Source: Nitrosopumilales archaeon
GTDB taxonomy: Archaea > Thermoproteota > Nitrososphaeria > Nitrososphaerales > Nitrosopumilaceae
Direction of reading: 5' to 3'
Assembly (NCBI GenBank): GCA_016838825.1
Contig: JAEHKU010000010.1
Coordinates: forward strand, 1-24,000
DNA: 24,000 bases
This document shows, one piece after another, positions 8,790 to 16,973 of the stretch. Position 1 is the stretch's first letter. Every line of letters starts with the position of its first letter. The position numbers and the translations under genes were made by a program. The notes under the pieces were generated by a model. That model ran no database searches, was not told the DNA's origin, and saw nothing but the letters and a program-made list of their open reading frames with translations.

Positions 8790-8806
8790 TACCGTACTAT
8801 ACGGTA
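8790..8806. promoter_or_regulatory. Perfect 7-bp inverted repeat TACCGTA-cta-TACGGTA ending 2 nt before the radA ATG; candidate operator or 5' hairpin
   Basis: Read directly from the sequence. The reverse complement of TACCGTA is TACGGTA, with a 3-nt spacer. Confidence 0.3.
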
Positions 8807-8808
8807 AT

Positions 8809-9870
8809 ATGGCTGATCTAAGGCTAGATACACTTCCGGGTGTAGGTCCTGTAACAAGAAAGAAACTCAATGATTCTGGGATTCATAATATAATGGATCT
8901 AGTAGTAAGGGGCCCTGTAGAAATATCAGACATAACTGGTATGGATTTTGATTCTGTAGTAAATCTTGTAAATAAGGCACGTTACCAACTCATAGAAGAA
9001 GGAAAACTAGAAAAGGATTTCGTAAACGCGACTGAAATTTACAAAAGAAGACAAGACCTTGGTAGAATTACAACCGATACAGATTGTTTGGATCATTTAC
9101 TTGATGGTGGAGTTGAAACTCAAGCTATAACTGAAGTTTATGGTGAATTTAGCTCTGGAAAGACACAGTTTTGTCATACCATGTGTGTTACAGTCCAAAA
9201 ACCAAAAGAAGATGGAGGACTAGATGGAGGAGTTCTGTATATAGACACAGAAAACACATTCAGACCAGAAAGAATAGTGACCATAGCCAAGATGAAGGGC
9301 CTTGATCCCGAAAAGGTTCTAGACAGAATAATAGTGGCTCGTGCATACAACAGCTCACATCAACAATTGATTTTGGAGGAGGCAGGTCCTATAATAGAAG
9401 AAAATAAGATAAAACTAATCGTAGTTGATTCAGCTGTAGGCCTATTTAGAGCAGAATATCTTGGTAGGGGAACACTTTCTGTACGACAACAGAGACTAAA
9501 CAAGTTTATGCATCTTCTTGTAAGAACTGCGGAAGCATACAACATTGCAGCTATTGCAACAAACCAAGTAATGTCAGCACCAGATGTATTCTTTGGAGAT
9601 CCTACGCGTCCAATTGGTGGAAATGTTGTTGCTCATACAAGTACGTATAGAATATACTTTAAGAAATCTGGAAAGAAAAGGATTGCAAGAATGGTTGATA
9701 GCCCACATCACCCAGAACAGGAGGTAATCTTTACTTTGACAGAGGTTGGCGTTTCTGATCCAGAAGAAGACTCAAAAACCAAAGTGGATAAATTACTTTC
9801 AAAGAAAACAGAGAAGAAACCAACAGCACAAGTTCGTGGTCCAGCTAAACAAGGTCCAGAAAACGCGTAA
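8809..9870 (+). CDS. radA: DNA repair and recombination protein RadA, with an ~33-aa Lys-rich C-terminal extension
   Basis: N-terminal HhH LPGVGPVTRKKLNDSGI, Walker A GEFSSGKTQ, Walker B KLIVVDS, and ATNQV. Confidence 0.93.
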   Translation: MADLRLDTLPGVGPVTRKKLNDSGIHNIMDLVVRGPVEISDITGMDFDSVVNLVNKARYQLIEEGKLEKDFVNATEIYKRRQDLGRITTDTDCLDHLLDGGVETQAITEVYGEFSSGKTQFCHTMCVTVQKPKEDGGLDGGVLYIDTENTFRPERIVTIAKMKGLDPEKVLDRIIVARAYNSSHQQLILEEAGPIIEENKIKLIVVDSAVGLFRAEYLGRGTLSVRQQRLNKFMHLLVRTAEAYNIAAIATNQVMSAPDVFFGDPTRPIGGNVVAHTSTYRIYFKKSGKKRIARMVDSPHHPEQEVIFTLTEVGVSDPEEDSKTKVDKLLSKKTEKKPTAQVRGPAKQGPENA

Positions 9871-9904
9871 GTGTTAAATTGAGGACTAGGCGCCCTAGTT
9901 CAAT

Positions 9905-10204
9905 ATGACTACTAAGAAACCTTCTGGCCGTTCATACGGATTCAAACATAAATCAAGATATGTTATGACTAAGAAGGGGCCTAGAGGCGTCTCTTTTCTC
10001 TTGAGAGAATACAAAGTTGGAGAAAGGGCAGTAGTAATTATAGATCCATCTCAACACAAAGCTCTGCCTCATAAAAGATATCATGGGAAAGTTGGACTAG
10101 TTATTGCAGTTGGTCGTAGAACCGTGACATTGCATGTAAAGTTGGGTAATAAGACGAAAACCTTAATCACTCGATTAGACCATATCAAACCGTTTGGTGT
10201 GTAG
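9905..10204 (+). CDS. rpl21e: Ribosomal protein eL21 (L21e)
   Basis: GRSYGFKHKSR..KGPRGVSFLLREYKVGERAVVIIDPSQHKALPHKRYHGKVG. Confidence 0.92.
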   Translation: MTTKKPSGRSYGFKHKSRYVMTKKGPRGVSFLLREYKVGERAVVIIDPSQHKALPHKRYHGKVGLVIAVGRRTVTLHVKLGNKTKTLITRLDHIKPFGV

Positions 10205-10206
10205 TG

Positions 10207-10533
10207 ATGGAAGAAGTAATTAAGAAACAGGGAATATCTATTTCCGAAGTTAAGGAACTATTAGGGAAATATGATCCAGAATCATTGGACCAGATACAGA
10301 GGTGGACATTTGATTATGTTTCAAAATTCTCCAAACTTGATGCAAAACAAGCAAAAAAAATGAAACAGCAGTTTGTTAAAGAATGTAATATTACTGAAGA
10401 AGAAGCTGTTGAGATAGTCAATAACCTTCCAACAACTTTACCAGAACTTCGAGCGTTTACCTTTGGTTGGAAGAAACTAATCCTGACTGATTCATTAGAA
10501 AAAATGTTGAAAATTATTAAGGAGAATTCGTAA
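10207..10533 (+). CDS. rpoF: DNA-directed RNA polymerase subunit Rpo4 (RpoF)
   Basis: Size and pattern match (ISISEVKELL...LPELRAF). It holds the conserved archaeal position between rpl21e and DUF655/ksgA. ATG at 10207; an in-frame GTG at 10204 overlaps the rpl21e stop. Confidence 0.75.
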   Translation: MEEVIKKQGISISEVKELLGKYDPESLDQIQRWTFDYVSKFSKLDAKQAKKMKQQFVKECNITEEEAVEIVNNLPTTLPELRAFTFGWKKLILTDSLEKMLKIIKENS

Positions 10534-10553
10534 CCCGCTGAGATGAGTTATTT

Positions 10554-11120
10554 TTGGAAAGAGTGGGTACTCAGCCTAGAAAATATGAAGAACACGCATA
10601 CGTATTAGATTACGTAGGTAGGGGAAAATCACGCACAGTCAGAGGACGAGATGGAATTATAATTACTGCATTGGGAGAAGAGAGACTAACAATACTGGAA
10701 CTCCTTGGAGTTCCGAACTCGACATTTGAGACTGGCGAGAAAGTATACATTGGAAAAGAAGGACGAACAAAAATTCTTTCTGTACTAGGAAAGCTGGATT
10801 ATAACTCAATTTCAAGTGTAGCGCAAGATGATCTTCCGACAGTAGTGGAAAAAATTGTTAGTGAAAATGAACAGAGATTTATTGACTATATGAACAATTC
10901 ACAACCGTTAACTCCTAGAATCCATGCTTTAGAATTAATTCCAGGAATAGGTAAAACATACATGAAAGTGACACTAGAAGAACGAGAGAAAAAAAAATTT
11001 GTTGACTTTAAAGATCTCCAAGAAAGAGTTGGATTTAAAGAACCTGTTAAGCAAATTTCAAAAAGAATAATGGAAGAAATAACTGGAAACTCTAGAATGA
11101 ATCTATTCGTCAAGCGATGA
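10554..11120 (+). CDS. DUF655-family protein (predicted HhH nucleic-acid-binding protein of the rpoF-ksgA cluster)
   Basis: N-terminal EEHAYVLDYVGRGKS and C-terminal LELIPGIGK (HhH). Conserved neighbourhood. The start is TTG 10554 or GTG 10563. Confidence 0.8.
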   Translation: MERVGTQPRKYEEHAYVLDYVGRGKSRTVRGRDGIIITALGEERLTILELLGVPNSTFETGEKVYIGKEGRTKILSVLGKLDYNSISSVAQDDLPTVVEKIVSENEQRFIDYMNNSQPLTPRIHALELIPGIGKTYMKVTLEEREKKKFVDFKDLQERVGFKEPVKQISKRIMEEITGNSRMNLFVKR

Positions 11121-11824
11121 AGAAGAGGCTTGTACTTGGACAGCACTTTTTGGTTTCTAATTCGATTGCAAAATCAATTGTTGATTTTGCAGCAATTACA
11201 AAGAAAGATACTGTCTATGAAGTAGGAACTGGATATGGTATTTTGGTACCATATCTTTGTCAAGCTGCAAAAAAAGTAACAACTGTGGAGAAAGACAGAG
11301 AATTATATTCGCTAGCAGTGAGAAAATTTTCAAAGTATTCTAATCTAACTTTAAAATTCGGTGATGGTTTCAAGATGGACGAAAAATTTTCTGTATTCAT
11401 TTCGAATTTACCTTATTCTAAGAGCAAGAAAGCCATAGAATGGGTAGCAGAGAAAAAATTTTTGCGTGCAATTTTAATGGTTCAAAAGGAATTTGCTGAG
11501 AAGCTTTTGGTATCTTCCAGAAAGAAAAGGAGAGCAATTGGCGTTCTAGCAAATTATTCTACTAAAATAGAAAGGATTATGGATGTTAAAAGGAATAATT
11601 TCTCTCCAAAACCACACGTAGATTCTGTAGTATTGAGATTTACAAAAAAACGCCAACTTTCAAGTCAAGTAATCAAAACTGTGAACCTGCTATTTTCATA
11701 CAGAAATAAGACTACACGTAATGTTGCAAAAGAACTTGGCTTTATGACTGATTTGAATGGGAGATTTGAAGACTTGACAGGGGATGAGATAGTAAAACTT
11801 GCAAAACGTATTGTCCAACTCTGA
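11117..11824 (+). CDS. rsmA: 16S rRNA (adenine1518/1519-N6)-dimethyltransferase KsgA/Dim1
   Basis: LGQHFLVS, VYEVGTGYGILV, TTVEKD and SNLPY. ATGA overlap with DUF655. Confidence 0.9.
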   Translation: MKKRLVLGQHFLVSNSIAKSIVDFAAITKKDTVYEVGTGYGILVPYLCQAAKKVTTVEKDRELYSLAVRKFSKYSNLTLKFGDGFKMDEKFSVFISNLPYSKSKKAIEWVAEKKFLRAILMVQKEFAEKLLVSSRKKRRAIGVLANYSTKIERIMDVKRNNFSPKPHVDSVVLRFTKKRQLSSQVIKTVNLLFSYRNKTTRNVAKELGFMTDLNGRFEDLTGDEIVKLAKRIVQL

Positions 11825-12332
11825 ACCATATGCACCATCAGATGATACCATCTTTTTTGCAAATTACATACGGAATGAAACAGGAAACTGTGCACTTGAT
11901 ATAGGTACAGGTTCAGGGTATCTTGCAAAAATTTTGTTACGAGGCTTTAATTTTGTTGTCGCTAGTGACATAGCATTTGACTCACTCAGGAAAGCACATT
12001 CTTCGATCGATAACTGTATTTGTTGTAGTGGGGCAAACGGATTGAACACAAAATTTGATCTTGTTGTGTGTAATTTACCATACTTGCCATCAGAAAAGAT
12101 TCGTGACACTGCAGTAGATGGTGGAAAAAATGGAGTTGAAGTTGGTTTAGAAATTATTGAATCTGTTAAAAACATGATAAAAAAAGGAGGCAAATTTCTT
12201 TTCTTGGTATCATCACTTACTAATTATCAAGAATTAATAACAAAAACCCAAGAATTTGGTTTTGCTACAAAAATTATTGAGAGAAAAAAAATTTTTTTCG
12301 AAGAACTAATTCTTGTTGAAGCTAAAAAATAA
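11799..12332 (+). CDS. HemK-related small SAM-dependent methyltransferase (archaeal Mtq2/PrmC-like)
   Basis: EPYAPSDDT, LDIGTGSGYLA, FDLVVCNLPYLP and AVDGGKNG. TTG start overlapping ksgA by 26 nt. Confidence 0.8.
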   Translation: MQNVLSNSEPYAPSDDTIFFANYIRNETGNCALDIGTGSGYLAKILLRGFNFVVASDIAFDSLRKAHSSIDNCICCSGANGLNTKFDLVVCNLPYLPSEKIRDTAVDGGKNGVEVGLEIIESVKNMIKKGGKFLFLVSSLTNYQELITKTQEFGFATKIIERKKIFFEELILVEAKK

Positions 12333-13361
12333 TTATTTTTTCAGTTTTTGTGATGCTAATTCTGCTATTGCGTTTGTCATTTGACTTGTCTTTGCACTAC
12401 CACCAATATCATAAGTCACGTTTTTTCCTTCATTGATGACTTGTTCAGTTGCAGAAAATATTACATCTTTAATGTGGGGTTCACCAAGATACTCAGCCAT
12501 CCAGGCACCGGACAATATGGCAGCAGTAGGGTTAACCTTGTCCATTCCCTTATATTTTGGGGCGCTTCCATGCGCAGGCTCAAACATTGCAAAGGAGTCT
12601 CCCATGTTCGCAGAATATACACATCCTATAGAACCTACGTTTCCAGAAGCACATTCTGATATTATATCCATGAAAAGATTTGTACTTAATAACACAGAGT
12701 CGTTGAATCTCTCTGGATTTTTGACTAGTTGTTGTGTGACATTATCGATATAATATTCTTCAACATCTATACCGGAATTTTCTTTTAACGCCTTTTGGAT
12801 TTCGGCCCAGAATATTCCATCGGTCTCCTTGAGTATGTTTCGCTTCGTTATGGCAAAGATCTTTTTAAGATTATGTTTTTTTGCCCATGAAAAAGCTGCA
12901 TTTGCAATTCTTTGACACCCTTTACTTGTAATCTTTCGAATTGCTATAGCGGAATCATTAGACATCTTAAATTCAAGTCCTGCATAGAGTCCTTCAGTTG
13001 CTTCTCTAAAACATACAAAGTCTAGTTTATTGTTCGGTGATAATCTATCGTAGGTTTTGATTGGTCTTACGTTAGCAAAAAGCTCAAATTTCTGACGAAG
13101 ACTTACTGCAACACTTCTTGGTGCATCAGGAGTTGGAATGGTCGTAGTTGGTCCTTTGTAACAAGCATCACTTTCTTCAAGTTGTTTCATGGTAGAATCT
13201 GGAATGTATGTTTCTCCGCCATGTTTTTGCCATTGCTCTGAGCCAACTTCACATAAAATTAGTTCTGTTTGGGTATTGCAAGATTTCAATACATGTAACA
13301 TGGCGTCAACAAGCTCAGGACCGGTGCCATCTCCTTTCATAACTGCGGCTTTTTTTGCCAA
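12333..13361 (-). CDS. Beta-decarboxylating dehydrogenase of the isocitrate/isopropylmalate dehydrogenase family; the exact substrate cannot be resolved from sequence alone
   Basis: GDGTGPELV, LFANVRP, FREATEGLYAG, FEPAHGSAPKYKG..VNPTAAILS and YDIGGSAKT. TTG start at 13361 (ATG alternative at 13340). Confidence 0.85.
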   Translation of the reverse strand: MAKKAAVMKGDGTGPELVDAMLHVLKSCNTQTELILCEVGSEQWQKHGGETYIPDSTMKQLEESDACYKGPTTTIPTPDAPRSVAVSLRQKFELFANVRPIKTYDRLSPNNKLDFVCFREATEGLYAGLEFKMSNDSAIAIRKITSKGCQRIANAAFSWAKKHNLKKIFAITKRNILKETDGIFWAEIQKALKENSGIDVEEYYIDNVTQQLVKNPERFNDSVLLSTNLFMDIISECASGNVGSIGCVYSANMGDSFAMFEPAHGSAPKYKGMDKVNPTAAILSGAWMAEYLGEPHIKDVIFSATEQVINEGKNVTYDIGGSAKTSQMTNAIAELASQKLKK

Positions 13362-13484
13362 GTAGCGAAAATTGAAGATCCAATGTATTTAATCCTACCT
13401 TGGTTGACTTTAGCTAACAAACAATTTTGAAATTAACAATCAAGTTAATACTTAACTAGGAATGAATTTCATTAGGAAGAAACC

Positions 13485-14231
13485 ATGGAAATAGTTCAAC
13501 TATCAGATATCCACGTAGGAACACAATTCAGAGAAGACGTCTTTGATACTGTTATTGAAGAAGTTAATGCCCTAAAGCCGGACGCAGTTTTAGTAACAGG
13601 TGACTTGACAAACGAGGGCCTGATAAAAGAATATGAAAAATGCAAAGCAAAAATGAGTAAATTAGAGGTAGATAAAATTATAGCCATTAGCGGGAACCAC
13701 GATTATCGTAATACAGGTTATCTTGCATTCAAAAAATTTTTTCCCTTTGAGACTATTAATGAACTTGGCTCAAATGTCGTAGTGGTTACACTAGGCACAG
13801 CTAGACCCGATCGGGATGAGGGAGAAGTTGGTTATAGGCAAAATCTTTGGCTTGAGAGAACCATGAAAAAATATCACGACAAGGTCAAGATATTGGCTAT
13901 GCATCACCACCTAATTGGAGTACCAGATAGTGGTACTGATAGAGTCACAGTAATCGATGCAGGGGACGTTCTTAGAACTGCACTATCAACTAATGTGAAT
14001 CTTGTATTGTGTGGTCATAAGCATAGACCGTGGATTTGGAATTTTAGAAACTTTTCAATTGCAAACGCCGGTACTGCATCATCAGAAAGAGTAAGGGGTT
14101 TATTTGAAAATACATACAATATTGTTAAGATAGAAAAAAACGAGGTTAGAGTCGACTTGAAATTTGTTGGAGGAAAACGTATGCCATTAGAACATATTGT
14201 ACAAAACTATGCTCGCTTTGGCGAAGAGTAA
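13485..14231 (+). CDS. Metallophosphoesterase (calcineurin-like)
   Basis: Motifs LSDIHVG, VTGDLTNEG, SGNHD, MHHH and GHKH, in canonical order. Confidence 0.85.
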   Translation: MEIVQLSDIHVGTQFREDVFDTVIEEVNALKPDAVLVTGDLTNEGLIKEYEKCKAKMSKLEVDKIIAISGNHDYRNTGYLAFKKFFPFETINELGSNVVVVTLGTARPDRDEGEVGYRQNLWLERTMKKYHDKVKILAMHHHLIGVPDSGTDRVTVIDAGDVLRTALSTNVNLVLCGHKHRPWIWNFRNFSIANAGTASSERVRGLFENTYNIVKIEKNEVRVDLKFVGGKRMPLEHIVQNYARFGEE

Positions 14232-14304
14232 ATTCTCATTTTAAAAAATTAGTTTCAATCAACTTTGATCTAACAATGAAATTCATAGAATCAATGTTCC
14301 AAGA

Positions 14305-14316
14305 GAATTAAATTAC
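14305..14316 (+). promoter_or_regulatory. Candidate TATA box for tRNA-Ser
   Basis: GAATTAAATTAC, centred ~29 nt upstream of tRNA position 1. Confidence 0.3.
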
Positions 14317-14338
14317 TCTTTAATTGCAGCACCTGTGA

Positions 14339-14425
14339 GCGGGGATCGCCTAGCTTGGTAGGGCGTGGGATTGCTAATCCCATGTTCGCAAGAACTCGTG
14401 GGTTCAAATCCCACTCCCCGCGCCA
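14339..14425 (+). tRNA. tRNA-Ser (anticodon GCU), class II with a long variable arm, genomically encoded CCA, no intron
   Basis: Folded by hand. Acceptor GCGGGGA/TCCCCGC, D stem GCC/GGC, anticodon stem TGGGA/TCCCA, loop TT-GCT-AA. The variable arm is GTTC-GCAA-GAAC, the T stem GTGGG/CCCAC with loop TTCAAAT, and the discriminator G is followed by CCA. Confidence 0.93.
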
Positions 14426-14476
14426 CTTTGGATCAATACTTAAATTTAATAGACTGAAATCTTGCTCTTTGCTTGA

Positions 14477-14638
14477 ATGACGCGAAGAAAGACACAAAAA
14501 ATCATGAAGTCTTCTCCGAGAAACATGACAACCGGCAGGTGCCCAAAATGTGCAACCATTGGAAAAATCTTCTTAATTGGTCAAACTGGCAGCGAAAAAG
14601 GAAAATGCCAGAAATGCAGGGCTGAATTCGAATTATAG
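14477..14638 (+). CDS. Zn-ribbon miniprotein (53 aa; absent from the ORF track because it is <60 aa)
   Basis: MTRRKTQKIMKSSPRNMTTGRCPKCATIGKIFLIGQTGSEKGKCQKCRAEFEL, with CxxC-18-CxxC. CTTAAATTTAAT box ~33 nt upstream. Paralog at 17431. Later in-frame ATGs at 14504 and 14525 are possible starts. Confidence 0.5.
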   Translation: MTRRKTQKIMKSSPRNMTTGRCPKCATIGKIFLIGQTGSEKGKCQKCRAEFEL

Positions 14639-14709
14639 GATTGAAATTACGAACGAATGAACAAATTCACCCATAAATTTTTAAAGTCTTTTTTCGCACT
14701 CAAATACCC

Positions 14710-14895
14710 ATGAGCAAAAATACTGCAGAAAGTACTGCAGAAAATGTTTACGAAAGGATAGCAAGATTAGAGGACGAGATAGCGTCTTTGAGAACTGAGC
14801 TTGAAAGAATAAAAGGTGCTTTACGCAATAAGATAGCAAGACATGAAATATCCTTGGTTAAACATGGAGAAGACATTAGATCAATTATAGATTAG
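14710..14895 (+). CDS. Small coiled-coil protein (61 aa), function unknown
   Basis: Heptad-like VYERIARLEDEIASLRTELERIKGALRNKI. ATAAATTTTTAAAG box ~30 nt upstream of the ATG. The 3' end overlaps the convergent gene by 11 nt. Confidence 0.45.
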   Translation: MSKNTAESTAENVYERIARLEDEIASLRTELERIKGALRNKIARHEISLVKHGEDIRSIID

Positions 14896-15709
14896 ATTTT
14901 TCCCTAATACTTCTTATCAATTCTAGTACGAAATCTGCGTCATCAGTTTCTGGAACCAACTCTAAATATCTATTTAGGAATTTCAGTGCAGAATCATAAT
15001 GTAACAGTCGTGATTCCAAAATTCCCTTATCTCTTATCTCCTCAGGAGAGTTTTGCTCTATTGCCAAAATCATATCTGTACACCGCATTGCCATATTATA
15101 CGAAAAAGATTGTGCATAAGAATTTTTCAGATTTCTTAGTATCCTGAAAAGAATTTTCTTTGTATCAATTTCATTCAAGAGCTCGGGTGAAAATTTTACC
15201 TCCTCACCATAATGTTGGTATAATAGATGTCTTAGGTCATCATTACTAAGTAATTTACCTTTATTGAAAGGATCAAAAATCATCTCTTCTTTGTATTTTA
15301 CAAGAAAGTGACCCGGAAAACCTACCAATTGTAAATTTAATCCAATATGTTTTGCAAGTTCGGTGAATATAATGGACAGTGTTATGGGCAATCCACGTTT
15401 TTGGTCTATTACAATATTGAGGAAATTATTTCTTGGGTTGTAATAGTCTTCAGCATCACCTACAAATCCTAAAGTGTTGAATAGATATTCGTTTAACATT
15501 GATATCAAATAGGTAGGATTTTTCGAGTCAGACAAGGAATATTGGAGTGTTTTTCCCATCTGATCTAGCTTCTGGAGATATTCATTTATTTTCAGATTTG
15601 GAAACTCGAGGTTCTCTGCTATTTTGAGACACTTTTGTACCAGACTGTATGAGGGATTTGTTGCAAATGTAACCCATTCTGCAACATAGGGATCAAATTT
15701 TTCGTTCAT
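14885..15709 (-). CDS. SirB1/YchA-like protein: transglutaminase-like fold lacking the catalytic Cys, plus a C-terminal TPR-like region
   Basis: YYNPRNNFLNIVIDQKRGLPITLSIIFTELAKHIGLNLQLVGFPGHFLVKY...IFDPFNKGKLLS matches the Transglut_core2/SirB1 pattern as I recall it. ATGA overlap with the upstream 396-aa ORF. Confidence 0.65.
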   Translation of the reverse strand: MNEKFDPYVAEWVTFATNPSYSLVQKCLKIAENLEFPNLKINEYLQKLDQMGKTLQYSLSDSKNPTYLISMLNEYLFNTLGFVGDAEDYYNPRNNFLNIVIDQKRGLPITLSIIFTELAKHIGLNLQLVGFPGHFLVKYKEEMIFDPFNKGKLLSNDDLRHLLYQHYGEEVKFSPELLNEIDTKKILFRILRNLKNSYAQSFSYNMAMRCTDMILAIEQNSPEEIRDKGILESRLLHYDSALKFLNRYLELVPETDDADFVLELIRSIREKSNL

Positions 15710-16896
15710 ACTCTATTCAGATATTTTTGAGGTTCTTTTAGTTCTCTGGTATTTGGTGGATTTTGAACTAGGATTTCGTATGTTTTTTTACCAAATTTTT
15801 GGAAAACTGAACTTGTGAAATCCCTTCCCATACTTTTTCGCACTTGATAGGACGAGATGTCTGTACTTGCAAATGTGGTCAGATAGTTTTGAAAATCTGC
15901 GTCGTTGTTGAGGATGTTTTGTACTGCAAATTCTGCAAGGCCTTCTGTAGTAGTAAAAACAGCATGATGGGATTGAATTGGGTTCAACCAGCTTTGATAT
16001 ATCTCAAGAAGTTGGGGGACCATATCTGAGATTTTTGGATCAATCTCAACCTTTGTAAATGTCATCACATCAGGCCCTAAAACATTGACAATGAAATTAT
16101 CAGGATTTAATGCAAAGAACAGATTTGCTCTCTTTGCAGTTGGGAATTCATCAGGAACTGGTTCGAGTTGCAGATACTCTGAAAGGTTGTTGGCAGTTTT
16201 ATCATCTAAATCTAAAATAATTTTGGCAAGGGTTTCATTTAGAGCGTTAACCTGAGAAACAGCTTTTTTGTTTATTTCATGAAGATTTGTTTGAATAGAA
16301 TGAATTTGTTCTTCTAATACTGCCATCTTTAATGCACCTGTATATCCAGAATTTACAATTCCAAATTTTGCATCATAAGGGGGGCCTCCCTTATAGAGAA
16401 TAATCTGAGGATATCTACCAAGAACAAACTTGTTAAGGTATACTGTTGAATCAAGGAAATCGCCATACGTGGTAGAAATTTTTGAAAGATAGGCTTTGGC
16501 ATATGTAGAGTAGACTAGAAATTTTGTAGTGTCCTTTTCAATTAATGATGTAATCTGTTTAATATTTTCAGTAGCTATAGCATCAAATAAACCATCAACA
16601 AAATCAGCAGCATCACCTATTGCAAAAACCTTTTTTGCCTTTAGCTTTTTGAAGTCTCTCAAATCTGAGAGCTCTAGTTTTAGTTCAGGTGAAATTTGAA
16701 TTCCTGTAAAATCGGAAACTTTTTGAGTCATCTCTGAAAAAATTTTTTCAGATAAGGTACTTAGATCTTCAAAAGCTGCAGTAAAATTTTGATCTTCCTT
16801 AATTTTGGTACTTAATGTTCCAATTTCTTTTTCTTCATTTAGTTCAACGGCAAGTTGATCCATTAATGCCACTGCAAACTCTTCTAACTCGTCCAA
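15706..16896 (-). CDS. Hypothetical protein (396 aa) with an acidic coiled-coil N-terminus; no family recognised
   Basis: Long uninterrupted ORF with an ATG start. A CTTAAATT-like box lies ~27 nt upstream on the minus strand. Translationally coupled (ATGA) to the SirB1-like gene. Confidence 0.6.
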   Translation of the reverse strand: MDELEEFAVALMDQLAVELNEEKEIGTLSTKIKEDQNFTAAFEDLSTLSEKIFSEMTQKVSDFTGIQISPELKLELSDLRDFKKLKAKKVFAIGDAADFVDGLFDAIATENIKQITSLIEKDTTKFLVYSTYAKAYLSKISTTYGDFLDSTVYLNKFVLGRYPQIILYKGGPPYDAKFGIVNSGYTGALKMAVLEEQIHSIQTNLHEINKKAVSQVNALNETLAKIILDLDDKTANNLSEYLQLEPVPDEFPTAKRANLFFALNPDNFIVNVLGPDVMTFTKVEIDPKISDMVPQLLEIYQSWLNPIQSHHAVFTTTEGLAEFAVQNILNNDADFQNYLTTFASTDISSYQVRKSMGRDFTSSVFQKFGKKTYEILVQNPPNTRELKEPQKYLNRV

Positions 16897-16973
16897 TCGA
16901 TATGCTTTTGACTAAAACCAATTTAAGATTAACTTTTTGAACAGAATAATTTTGTAAAAATCGAAAAAAGTGA

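Noticed and set aside
14291-14497. 68-aa minus-strand ORF
   Set aside because: It directly overlaps the well-folded tRNA-Ser gene, so it is a spurious reading of the tRNA complement.
11799-15709. Functional link between the HemK-like methyltransferase and the SirB1-like gene, by analogy with the enterobacterial prfA-prmC-sirB neighbourhood
   Set aside because: The two genes are ~3 kb apart on opposite strands and are separated by unrelated genes and a tRNA. The proximity is most likely coincidental.
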